Both the position numbers and the translations under genes were made by a program. A stretch of DNA of 64,000 bases, from the NCBI RefSeq assembly GCF_031769215.1, contig NW_026782056.1, positions 62,001 to 126,000 on the forward strand, read 5' to 3'. Positions within the stretch are counted from its first letter, which is position 1. Every line of letters starts with the position of its first letter. The notes beneath the pieces are model-generated. The model had not been told where the DNA came from, did no database searches, and saw only the letters and a program-made list of their open reading frames with translations. This DNA comes from Ylistrum balloti (Eukaryota). This document shows positions 1 to 11,605 of the stretch, in pieces.

Positions 1-616
1 TATCAACTGTTGTAAGCTACATTGTAGCTTCTTGTTCCATTAATTTGTATCAACCTCCAATAGACATGATTCCATAGAAATTCAATAAAGGAAATGACAA
101 CTATCTGTAAAGCAATGATGTGGTTCTATATGTTTCTGACAGATTACCCTGTTCCTTCTTCAAATACTTACCCACACTTGGGGTAAAAACATAATCAATC
201 AATTAACTTACTTAATTATTCGTGTAGCCTGTGATGTAATTAATTGCTTACATATCTAATTATTTAATACATACACTTGCACTTCAAGCCAAAATGTAAA
301 ATATGTGTCCAAGCCAGGTCAAATTGTATCTGAACTGACACACTTCTAATCTAAAATACATATATGATTCACATATTCAATTTTGCAGGACCAGTGAATA
401 ATTGCGACATTTTACATCCATAATCAACATCAATATTTTCTATATTTTACAGAAGACAAAAAACTGTGGGTTTTAACATTTCCTATCTATGTAAACCACA
501 TGTACAAGAACACCTTTAGTCAACTTTCATGGCAAGAGCATTTTCAATTGTGCATTTAGCTAATATTTATGAGAAAGTTAAACAAATCTCATTCATTTGA
601 TGAAGGAAATGAAAGA

Positions 617-1096
617 CAGTCACCATTCTGCAGTAGAGTCATTACATCACCACACTGTATGTAGAGTCATTTCGTCACCACACTGCAATAGAGTCATTAC
701 GTCACCACACTGCATGTTGAGTCATTACGTCACCACACTGCATGTTGAGTCATTACGTCACCATACTGCATGTAGAGTCATTACGTCACCATACTGCATG
801 TAGAGTCATTACGTCACCATACTGCATGTTGAGTCATTACGTCACCACACTGCATGTAGAGTCATTGTGTCACCATACTGCATGTAGAGTCATTGTGTCA
901 CCACACTATATGTTGAGTCATTACATCACCACACTGCAATAGAGTCATTACGTCACCATACTGCATATAAAGTCATTGTGTCACCACACTATATGTTGAG
1001 TCATTACATCACCACACTGCATGTTGAGTCATTACGTCACCATACTGCATGTAGAGTCATTGTGTCACCACACTGTATGTAGAGTCATTACGTCAC
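617..1096. repeat. 28-bp minisatellite, ~16-17 copies (GTAGAGTCATTACGTCACCACACTGCAT)
   Basis: Period of 28 read directly (633, 661, 689...). It explains ORFs 597..803 and 742..942. Confidence 0.95.
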
Positions 1097-1935
1097 TTTT
1101 CTTCAGCTTGGATGCTTGTAGAGGCTACATACACAAGTAAAAGGAATGTCAGTTTAAACCACCCAACACTTCTCCAGCCTGCAGGGAAGGGGTTATCGAT
1201 AACAACACCTATGCCACAATGTTTTGTATATAACATTCAAAATTGTATACAGTATTTCAAATGCTTGATAAAATGTTCAAATAAACTTTCTATAGTAATA
1301 CACAAGCTATTCAGCACAACGTTTATAAGGACAAAGACACATAACCATGTATGTTCAATTCACAACTTTAAATAATGATACACTTATGTACAGTGTATCA
1401 GTTTTACTTTGGTCTTTAACAATCACAATCCTCACAAAGCAGATAACATATCTAAATCTACTACTCTGACTGAGGGCATCCTATATGTTTTGTTTAACAC
1501 AATGTGATACAAACATCATTTATCATCAGGTTTCTTTTCAATCCAATTTCAAATGACATTTTAAAGATTTTTTTCGAAAAGTTTATTTAAACAACTAAAT
1601 ATACTATTTTGCTATTTCAAAGATGGGAAAACTTTACACCAAGTAAACCAATAGTTGCTAAAAATAAACTACTTTTTTGATGAATACAGAAACTGAACTG
1701 CTTCTTTTATTGTTATCTGGTAGATCAATTCTTTTCAGATCAACTTGCTGAGACAGATATAGCTTTATTCAATTAGATTTTGTTGAAATTGAAATGATAA
1801 GACTGCTTCTGTAACTTTCAAACTTCAACTCTGAAATTATTCAGGAAACCTAATCTCTAACATTAAAACCATAGAATGATGATTACTACACTACTGTGCT
1901 AACCTAACTAAAACAAACCCTCAGTCAAGTTTATG

Positions 1936-2044
1936 TCATAAAAGTTGTAGCATGTGATCGCCCTGGTAAATCTCATGTGGCCACGTCAGACCATCTCCCG
2001 TGGGTTGGTGAACAGAGGGAAACAGTATATGTCTCACAAAGGAT
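1936..2044 (-). CDS. ZDHHC16: ZDHHC16 last coding exon ([35 protein letters not shown])
   Basis: Acceptor ttgttcaccacag at 2045; stop TGA at 1938-1936; candidate AATAAA signals on the minus strand at 1765-1770, 1706-1711 and 1582-1587. Confidence 0.88.
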
Positions 2045-5000
2045 CTGTGGTGAACAAATTAGAATTTGTTTTACTAGTAAATAGAGAATAACTGACCCTA
2101 ATCTTTACTAAAACTCCTTTTTTAACAAGTCACATAATTGCCTCATTATCTCCTCAAACCATTGTATAATGGAAAAAGTTGTGTTAGAATATGAAAGGCT
2201 TGAACCATTCATTTATTTTTGAACTTTTTCTTATCCATTATATTAACATAATCACAGAAATTTATCCATAATTTATCCACTTATGACATGGTATCCATTA
2301 TACATACCTTCCAGTTCCATTTTCGATTCCAAAAAATATCCTCCAGTTTTCGATAAAACCAAAATCATATGGATTTCTAAAAGCCTGTAAGAAAACAAAT
2401 GACGGAATAGAAAATTAAAAGAATCGACATGATTATATTGTACAGTGTATAAGATCTGTTGTGTAGGTCAACCTTCATAATCTTACCAGTTGTGTTTATG
2501 GAACTCTGGTCATTGCTAAGGAAATTTCCATTTCTAGCCTAAAGAAATGAGATCCTGACAACAGGATCAATGTTCACTCAATAATTAGAAATTTTGTTTA
2601 CAATTGAAAACATGTCCTATCATTAATGGTTCTATCAACATAAATTCAGATTTTTTCATTCTGGAATACTTTTAATCTTCTTTCTTATCTTTTTCATCAT
2701 TTTTTCTATCTTTTAATCTGTGTCATCATTTCATGAAGAAATCCAAGTGCTGTTGGTTGTGTTTTTACACTCATATCTTTATAAATGAGATAATTTTGTT
2801 TTGAAATTATTCACAGTAATCCTTGTCAGTTGCTAACTCTTCCACAATGCATTATGACATAAACATTGATTACATCATGAGGTGTAAATGAACTCCTACT
2901 GATCCACTCAAGTTTCCATACCTGTAATATAGAGGCTTTATAGACCCAGAATCTAATAATGATTTCAACCTCACATGATCATTACGTTATTAACAAGCAA
3001 TTGTGTTCGGCTGAAAATCTCAATTAATAAATCAACAGCTATCAAGTTATGACTCTTATTGAACTAACCATTTAATTATTACAATAAAAAGATAATGAGA
3101 GTCATGGATATTAGTCTAAAATTGCCCTACAGACATCCAGTCTCTGCTAAGCAGAGGAATCAATGCAAAAGAAAGATATTTCATCCCTTTTGTTGGAACT
3201 TTTGATAAGCTTCAGAGCTTAAATTTCATTATAAATTTCAGAAGATACTGATTAAAATTTGGAGATTTGAGAAGTTTGTTTAAAGTATAATTCAAATTCA
3301 TATTACTAAGATTAAGATCAACAACATGACATAGTACACAGGAACTCATAAAGACAACTGGTCCAACATAATCAGAAACTATTACCATAAGTTCCTAAAG
3401 GTGATATTTTGGAAAAAGTCACCATTAAGTTTTACTTTCAAGTTATTATACTGTCATGTTAGATATGCCTTACAATTCCTTTCTTTCTGAGTCGCTCTCT
3501 TTCTTTCTTGTTGATGTGCATCTCTATGTTGGTTTCTCCGCGACTTATCATCCGAAAATGCCACACGATAAGTCCGAGGATTGCTATGGCAACAGCAGAA
3601 CACACTAGGAATTCAAATATGACAGCCAAGTGGTAGCTTTGGTGTTCATGGGTTACCTCTAAATTGTAGTTATTGTGAACTGTTGGAGCTGTCTATAAAG
3701 AAACCATATGATACAATAAAGATCTTTGTCATTCAACAAAAATTACTACTCTAAACCAGATGAATTTACATAAACATTTGTGTAATTTGAATAGTTCTTA
3801 CTGCTGAAATAAAAATTGCAGAGTGACACATGCAGATTACAGAGATAGTAAACAATTCTTTATTTGTAGGATTACAGATACATTCTAATCCAAAATTTAC
3901 ATTTCATTACTGGTTTGATTGTTATGCAGGAGTTATCTTGAAAAAGCAAAAAAACAAAACAAAAAATTGTCTAGTAGGTTTGTTAGAAATATGTCAATTA
4001 ATCTGAAGTAAAACTCTACCAATTTATGCAGAAGACTGTTACAGTACTTACTGATAATGTTTTGTTCACAACATCATAGACAAGATTTAATGGGTACAGG
4101 ACAGCTGGAAATGGATAGGGCTAGAAAGTAGAAAAATACCAATAACTTTTTATACATAACTTTTCAATCATTACTAGTTTTAAAATGTTCAGAGGATGTC
4201 AGAGAAACCCACTTATAACATGATATAAGGACATATAAGCGATACAAACTTTATTTATTTAACAACAATTGCGAAAAAAAAAGTTTCAGCTTATATTAAC
4301 CATTCTTCCGATGTTGGAAATGGGATTATCAAGGGAGAAGTCAAGTGGTCCAGTATGCTAACACTACACCTTTTCACTTCTGGTCTGGGAATGGAACCCT
4401 GGCCGTCTAGGTGAAATATGAGTGTGTTACCACTGTACCACCCGATTACCCATCAGGACATACATGAACACTGTGTAATGGGAAACATTCACCTTACATA
4501 TGTAGGTATTTCAACCTCATATAAAGCTAGTCATTTTCATGGTCAAATTTGCCAAAAGATGCAAAATACATATATTTCAGCTGCAACTTTAATTCTCAAT
4601 TTATTTTAGCCCTTTTAAAAAAAAGAGTAAAATGGTGAAAGTTAAATGTGGCAAATATATCACTGTATACAGTACTTAATTGTTAATAATCATACATACA
4701 TGTGTTTGCCCTTAAAGATTTAGCTGAAGCTGTTACAATGCATTCATCTAACATTTGACAATACTAATACATGTACTTTTATTTACTTATTTTCTTTTAA
4801 ATATTTGTACATTCTATTTATTACGACAAACTGAAAAACAGATATTAAATGTAAATTTATATCAAATTGATGCAATCTATAAATATTTCCTGAATCTAGA
4901 GATTTCTTGAAGGAAGGGAGGTAATTCAAATTCTAGATACAGTTATAGAAAAACTAAGTAATATAGTGCCCGATTTATTTCTACAGTGTTATTATAACAA

Positions 5001-6983
5001 ATGTACTCACAGTTTTACCATAGAAATGTTCAGTAAATACATCATATCCTGTGAAACAGACATACAGCGATCCACAGAACATGTAACAGCAAAACAGAAA
5101 GAAGAAACGATGGGTGTAGAATCCAACGCAGTTGTTTAGCCAGGCTGTGTTGATGGTTAAGATATATAATAGTTATATATGTTATACAGATCATTATCAT
5201 TTTATGTGTTTTCAGTTATACTGGTTGATGATATTGAAGCTGATAAGGATACGACAATGATGATCCATCTTAAGTATGCACCTGTCACAAACGCTACAGT
5301 GATGTGTCCGTGGAGGTTTGGGACCTATGCATTTCCTGCATATAGAGACAGTTTCAGGAATTTCCTTTAAACAAAAACACAAATGTACATCATCAGTAAT
5401 GTCTAAAACCAATGAACCAATGGATTAATGTTATAATATCATATTCAGATTTCTCCTCTATTTCAGAAATTTTTTTCCCTTGTATGACTAATCATGTGCT
5501 TATATACATATTGTATATCTCAAATTCTCCATGCATAGGAAGTTTAATTCCAGAGTAAATAAAATTTTAATGCAGAAACAAAATAATCCTCTAGGCAATA
5601 AAAAACAAAAACAAAAGCACCTTCTCTTTGAAGAATTTCATGCCCGCTGGGTGTTTATTAGAGTAAATATAGTATGTGTTTGTCTGTTATCTCCTCACTT
5701 TGACTTAGCACTAAGACTGACCATTGGGGGTGTTCCAGGATTTGTGAAAGCAGCCATGATGTAGTTAAAGACAATATTGATAAGCAGCCAGTGGCCAAAC
5801 ACCAAGTGAAAGACTGTACGACTTGTACTCTGTGCGTACACATGAGGGAGCAAACATGTATAGAATATCACCACCACAGATGTCGTAAGGAATATCACCA
5901 TCGTCATAAAAATCTGGAACACAGAAATTAAAGACAGATTGATCATGATTAAAAACAGAAAAAAAAGTATTTAATCAAATGATTCACAGTGATATGGTAA
6001 TTTATCTAATATCTATATTTAAAAAATGAAGCCTTAAAACCAGTGAAAGAAAATACTTCTAATAAGAGCTAGACAATGGCCATGTAGGACTAGATGTATA
6101 TCTAATTCCATGGCTGGACCAATAAATTAGATAGATACAGGGTTATTTTGAGCTGATATATGATATAAAAAGCAAACATAATGGTTTACATATATATATT
6201 GTAACTGGATTGTAATAATGCTAACACATCCATATAAACACTCTTCTCTTGTTTAAAGTATAGTATCACACTGTGATGAGGGCTTTTTTTTACTACTTTT
6301 AGCTCAGCATTAAAAAATTGATGATTCTGCAAAAATAAAGAGTGGGGCTTATTTGTGGCCAGGGCCTTACTTGTAGATAAATATGGTGATGTGAGAGTAG
6401 ACTTAATTAAGCTTATTCTATACCATGAAGAAAACAGTACCAGTGAACATACAAGATTACCAAACTAATTTGAGTGTTATTTTTCAGGTAAGAAAAATTA
6501 AATGTTTTGAAATGGAAAAACAGTACATTGTCACAAGGAAGAATGAACCAATATGCTAATCAGTTATCCAATCATTCTGATGTTCTATCACTATCAACTC
6601 TTTTTATATCAGTTTGGAGTGCTCATCAACCTCAGAAAGAAAACATAAAACATTAGAATAATTCAGACTAGCTGACAAACAGATGTATCTTAATTTATCT
6701 AAGTATTGTACAGTTTCAATGATATATATCATACATACAGAAAATTTGAATTATGAATAAGTATGTATTTTGGTATAAAGACACTTACTGGTCCTAAATA
6801 CTTTGCAAATTTATCCACAAACCAGAAAATTGGTTCCAGACATGTTTCCATAGCTACTGAAACATTTGTAAAGTGATTGTAATACAATGTTACACGGAGA
6901 AGCTTGATCCATGAAAAGAAACTGCCCATTGAATTTTTGAGTCTCCATGGAAGTTCATGGACTTTCCATTGAATCCTGGCCAT
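1936..6983 (-). CDS. ZDHHC16: DHHC-type palmitoyltransferase ZDHHC16-like, 8 coding exons, 1107 nt, 368 aa
   Basis: Manually spliced: 6789-6983, 5722-5913, 5253-5364, 5011-5144, 4052-4120, 3474-3692, 2308-2384, 1936-2044. All introns are GT-AG, phases are consistent (0,0,1,0,0,0,2) and the total is divisible by 3. The product has the DHHC cysteine-rich domain [43 protein letters not shown] (TTxE-like) and [11 protein letters not shown] motifs. The N-terminal EPIFWFVD and C-terminal [15 protein letters not shown] segments are what I recognise as ZDHHC16-specific. Confidence 0.93.
2308..2384 (-). CDS. ZDHHC16: ZDHHC16 coding exon 7 ([25 protein letters not shown])
   Basis: Acceptor ttttcttacag; donor AG|GTATGT; phase 0-2; conserved NPY..G...NW motif. 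Confidence 0.9.
3474..3692 (-). CDS. ZDHHC16: ZDHHC16 coding exon 6 (TAPTVHNN...[22 protein letters not shown])
   Basis: Acceptor ggtttctttatag at 3693; donor ATT|GTAAGG at 3473; phase 0-0. Confidence 0.88.
4052..4120 (-). CDS. ZDHHC16: ZDHHC16 coding exon 5 ([23 protein letters not shown])
   Basis: Acceptor tttttctactttctag; donor TCA|GTAAGT; 69 nt, stop-free, phase 0-0. It lies in the poorly conserved loop, so support comes from splice signals and frame. Confidence 0.75.
4246..4443 (-). mobile_element. tRNA-derived SINE (bivalve Meta-SINE-like), decayed, central core partly deleted
   Basis: tRNA-like head with A box TGGTACAGTGGTAAC and B box GGGTTCCATTCCC; tail TTAATATAAG...TTTCGCAATTGTTGTTAAATAAATAAAGTTT. 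The tail is related to the copy at 31734-31893. Family assignment is from recalled consensus. Confidence 0.75.
5011..5144 (-). CDS. ZDHHC16: ZDHHC16 coding exon 4 ([15 protein letters not shown]...FYGKT)
   Basis: Acceptor cacag at 5145; donor ACT|GTGAGT at 5010; phase 1-0. Confidence 0.92.
5145..5252 (-). other. U12-type (minor spliceosome) GT-AG intron, 108 nt
   Basis: The 5' splice site is GTATCCTT, the exact U12 consensus. A branch-point-like TCTTAAC sits 12-13 nt upstream of the CAG and there is no polypyrimidine tract. Confidence 0.88.
5253..5364 (-). CDS. ZDHHC16: ZDHHC16 coding exon 3 (EIPETVSIC...MDHHC), DHHC-CRD
   Basis: Acceptor tttttgtttaaag; donor C|GTATCCTT; phase 0-1. Confidence 0.92.
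5722..5913 (-). CDS. ZDHHC16: ZDHHC16 coding exon 2 (IFMTMVIF...NPGTPPM), two TM helices
   Basis: Acceptor ttccag at 5914; donor ATG|GTCAGT at 5721; phase 0-0. Confidence 0.9.
6789..6983 (-). CDS. ZDHHC16: ZDHHC16 coding exon 1 (MARIQWKV...AKYLGP)
   Basis: ATG at 6983; donor CCA|GTAAGT at 6788; phase 0. Confidence 0.9.
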
Positions 6984-9071
6984 GTCACAATTTGTTTATA
7001 ATACAAATATTGTATCCTTCAGTGTTTGGAAGTGTCATATGTGCTGTCCAGCTGCCCTTATAAAGTTAGTATCGATAATCAGAGCAAAACCTAGTTTGGC
7101 AGCATATATGTACATCTTCTCAACAAGTTGTGGCAATTGACAGTTCAGTTGAACGCTGATATAGTACTTCACTGCAAGATATGTTTTTTCCTCCTCATCT
7201 GTAATATAACAGATTGAAATGAATGATGAGTGTGCAAGACAAAGGGTAGAATATACACTTGTCCAAATCATTTCTGACATTCTAATAATTTTTTTGATGT
7301 TGCTCTGGTGTCGATAAATTCCTGATCAATACAAAATGTGATAGAATTTCAGAATAATTTGGACTAAGTGAAGACAGCATCTTAATTTTAAATACATTCT
7401 GTGTTTTACCTTTTCATTCTCTTATAGACATTTAAAAATTAAGTTAAGTGTATTGCACAATATCTTTCATTAAACAAATTAACAAGTACATAGTAAATAT
7501 CAACAGGTCTGGCATGCTTTGATGCTGCCATTTTGAGAGCTTTACAGTGTACACTCATACATTAATTGTAAATATACAAAAGTACAATTAAAACAGATAT
7601 ATGTATGTTTATCATTATTACTGTTGTAAGCAGCACAGTAGCATTGATTGAGTTTGTTCTATATGAAGATAGAAGTTTAAATTGAAGATTATTCAACTCT
7701 TGACATTGCCTACTAAGGCTAGTGACTGTGATTAATGAGTTTAATTTTTGTACAGTATAAGTTAAGGCTCCTGAATGGTTGGTCATGAAGAAATAGGTAC
7801 ATTGTTCCTAGATTGCATACCAATATTGTGTTGAAATGAAGACCATGCATACTAGTACTTGTCTACTGATGTCTTGCACATTGATTATAACTATATCACC
7901 TGGACATCTGTTCCGTAACAATTATGTATTTTGGAACGGCCATTTTGTCGAGCCATATCACATGAACTATTGATATGTGTGACTTCGCATACAGATAATT
8001 TTGGTTGCTGTATCATGTCACGCTTCTAGAGAAAATAAAAAGTTGTGATTTGTACTACTGACCATAAATATTATGAGAATATATTTCATTGGCATTTTTG
8101 TATATTTTTTCTTAATACACATTTTTACATGTCAAGCATCCTGTTAGATATGATGAAATAACTTATCAATTCATCCTCAGATACCAATGTATCATTATCA
8201 TCTGTCATGTGAATAAAAATTGATCATGAATAATAGATTACACCTTCTTGCAATTTTTTGGCTATGGAAGTCCGAACTTGCACATCTTATAATGAAAAAA
8301 CAATGATTTATAAATTATCACTTTTGACGACTTATTTACTATTTCATTTAAATAGTGAGTTGTAGCCGAAACATGAAAAATCAACTTTATTTAAATAGTT
8401 TGTGTTATAAAATAGAAGTTAACCAAGAAATGTTGCTCATTTAAGAAAAAAATGATCAAACAATAAAAACTTGAATCTTACCCTTTAGAAAAGGTGCACA
8501 CAAAGACACAGATATCCACCACTTTTGCACTATGCATTTTGATTTTCATAAAAAATGTCATTCCTGTCCAACTGATGATCTTATATCATACGAATTCTTC
8601 AGGGTCACACTAAGCTAACTCTGTGATTAAGTGATGTCACGAGAAACGCATGTCCATCATTACAGGTGAGCGAATTTGAGGTGGTATCTAGTAGATATTT
8701 TTTAGTAAAATACTGGTAATTCATCAATCAGTTTTCCTATGAATCTTATAATTCAATAATATTCAAGTTATTGATGTATTTTTTTGGTATCAGGGCATCA
8801 ACATAGCTACCGAAAAATCATTCTTAAGGGGTCTGAATCTAATGCGCCAGAGATACACCTAACGTGCACGTGAGCCACCGGCACGAACAGGTAAAGGTGA
8901 GAACCATGATATAATGAGTGATTCTGGGTATATCTTGATAGACTGACAATTATGGCGTAAATCTAGCCTTTGATAGAACACAATTTGCATTCTGATGTTA
9001 AAGAAGAATGCATATACATACCTACCATCTAAAATATATGGAATATGCAAGTAAAAACAATAATCGTGTCC

Positions 9072-9083
9072 ACTTCCGGAAGT
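9072..9083. promoter_or_regulatory. Perfect palindromic double ETS/GABP-type site ACTTCCGGAAGT in the probable ZDHHC16 promoter region
   Basis: 12-bp palindrome about 2 kb upstream of the ZDHHC16 ATG, among CpG-richer sequence and first-exon-like donors on both strands. Confidence 0.45.
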
Positions 9084-10478
9084 ACAGGATTGAATGTAGA
9101 GGCAAAACCAACTACCGGGAAAGAATAAACGGAAATAAACAGACATGCTCCTTTTATCAAGACACAAACACGTAAGTTGTATCACATACAAAGAACATAA
9201 AACAAAGATGAAGTCACTAACTGAAATCGAGAAAGACAGTGTAAAGTGTCTCGATAATCCCTTCGGCCGATATTACTTGTATGATTAGTTCAACTAACCC
9301 TGGAAAAACGTTTATCAATCGCATCTTTCAGAAAGGTGTCCGTGCATTGACATACAATACAACCTTGAGTCAATCTCTGACTTTGAAATGAACGTCATAC
9401 CTGAAACTAGCACGTGTCAAAGTCAAGATTTTTATCAAATGCAGTGGGGTTTTTTTTAAAGCAAATAACAGAAGCTATGGGGAAAAACTGTCATTATTAC
9501 GCCAGAAAATATTACTATGATACAAGACACAAGAAACTTTATGGTCGTATTAAACATTACTTAGTTAGAACAAATGGGTCATTGGTGTGATAACAGATCC
9601 GCAGTATTTAGATTATCATTTTAAATACCTTGCACATCGATAACATACAGAAGGCAATACAGAAACGAGTTTAATAAAAGTGCTAATAGACCTGTCTGAA
9701 GAGCTAGTAAAGTTAGCGTAGTGTTTATAGTAATACAGTGTTAGAAATAGAGACAGTATGATTTACGATGTAGATATACAATGTCCTTTATGTTAACCTG
9801 TTAAAGTTCAGACGACAGGTGACTGGCCAATCACTACATATCAAACGTTCGGTACCCAGAATAAATAAATCTTATTTGATGATTTTTGATTTGAAGTTTT
9901 ATATACAGTTGAAGACACGTGAAAAACATGTGACTTACAAGATGTATAGGATGTATGGCATAAGACAGTTAAATGTAGTTTGTTTGGGTGCAGGTCTTAA
10001 GGATTTCATCTCTAAAGGTTTAACGAAACAAGTGAATAGAACACCTTACACGTGTCACTGCGAATACGTGCTGTTCATGTAGCTGTTTCCGTTCCTACAT
10101 TTAGGCAGTGACGGAGGGACGAAGACTACGGATGTCGAGGAAGAGGACCCAAAAACGGTCAAAATAAATAATGTTGAAATGACAATTTTGGACAGGTAAA
10201 CCAATCCGTAACAAGACATAGATATTCTCGACCAGTGACCATATTCGAAAGAACTTTCATGCGCGATCTTCATATGTTTGTACATCACACTAACTAGGCA
10301 CCACCTACAGTGAGAAAAACCTGCCTATATTAATCATACAGATTATATCTATAAACATGTAGAGGTGACAGAGTTATACTGATGGTATGCGGGGCATTTG
10401 TTATACATAACTGCTAGTTGAAGTTAAGTTTATTTCTGGTGCAGGACTAGTTAAGATCCTCAATACCAGATCCCAGAA

Positions 10479-11605
10479 AAATCTATATTGACATGTAAAA
10501 CATACATTAAACACAAGATTGAAATCTACATTGACATGTAAAACATACATTAAACACAAGATTGAAATCTACATTGACATGTAAAACATACATTAAACAC
10601 AATATTGAAATCTACATTGACATGTAAAACATACATTAAACACAAGATTAAAATCTACATTGACATGTAAAACATACATTAAACACAACATTGAAATCTA
10701 CATTGACATGTAAAACATACATTAAACACAAGATTGAAATCTACATTGACATGTAAAACATACATTAAACACAAGATTGAAATCTACATTGACATGTAAA
10801 ACATACATTAAACACAAGATTGAAATCTACATTGACATGTAAAACATACATTAAACACAATATTGAAATCTACATTGACATGTAAAACATACATTAAACA
10901 CAACATTGAAATCTACATTGACATGTAAAACATAAATTAAACACAACATTGAAATCTACATTGACATGTAAAACATACATTAAACACAACATTGAAATCT
11001 ACATTGACATGTAAAACATAAATTAAACACAACATTGAAATCTACATTGACATGTAAAACATACATTAAACACAAGATTGAAATCTACATTGACATGTAA
11101 AACATACATTAAACACAAGATTGAAATCTACATTGACATGTAAAACATACATTAAACACAATATTGAAATCTACATTGACATGTAAAACATACATTAAAC
11201 ACAAGATTAAAATCTACATTGACATGTAAAACATACATTAAACACAACATTGAAATCTACATTGACATGTAAAACATACATTAAACACAAGATTGAAATC
11301 TACATTGACATGTAAAACATACATTAAACACAAGATTGAAATCTACATTGACATGTAAAACATACATTAAACACAAGATTGAAATCTACATTGACATGTA
11401 AAACATACATTAAACACAATATTGAAATCTACATTGACATGTAAAACATACATTAAACACAACATTGAAATCTACATTGACATGTAAAACATAAATTAAA
11501 CACAAGATTGAAATCTACATTGACATGTAAAACATACATTAAACACAACATTGAAATCTACATTGACATGTAAAACATACATTAAACACAAAATTAAATT
11601 CTATA
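10479..11605. repeat. 43-bp minisatellite, ~26 copies (AAATCTACATTGACATGTAAAACATACATTAAACACAAGATTG)
   Basis: Period of 43 (10481, 10524...); near-identical units. Confidence 0.97.

Noticed and set aside
597-942. ORFs 597..803 and 742..942
   Set aside because: They are translations of the 28-bp minisatellite with no independent coding evidence.
3802-3803. Apparent 2-nt micro-exon (TTTTTATTTCAG|CA|GTAAGA, minus) and a strong acceptor at 3937 in ZDHHC16 intron 5
   Set aside because: Exon 5 splices in frame to 3692 without them; inclusion breaks the frame or hits TAA. Kept only as possible cryptic or recursive sites.
4380-4443. tRNA gene
   Set aside because: The A/B boxes are degenerate and run into a SINE body and tail; no complete cloverleaf.
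5179-5764. Plus-strand ORFs 5179..5370 and 5531..5764, and minus ORF 5658..5843
   Set aside because: They are antisense or off-frame shadows of ZDHHC16 exons.
7012-7019. GTATCCTT (U12 donor consensus) on the plus strand
   Set aside because: It is antisense to ZDHHC16 with no matching exon or branch point; probably chance.
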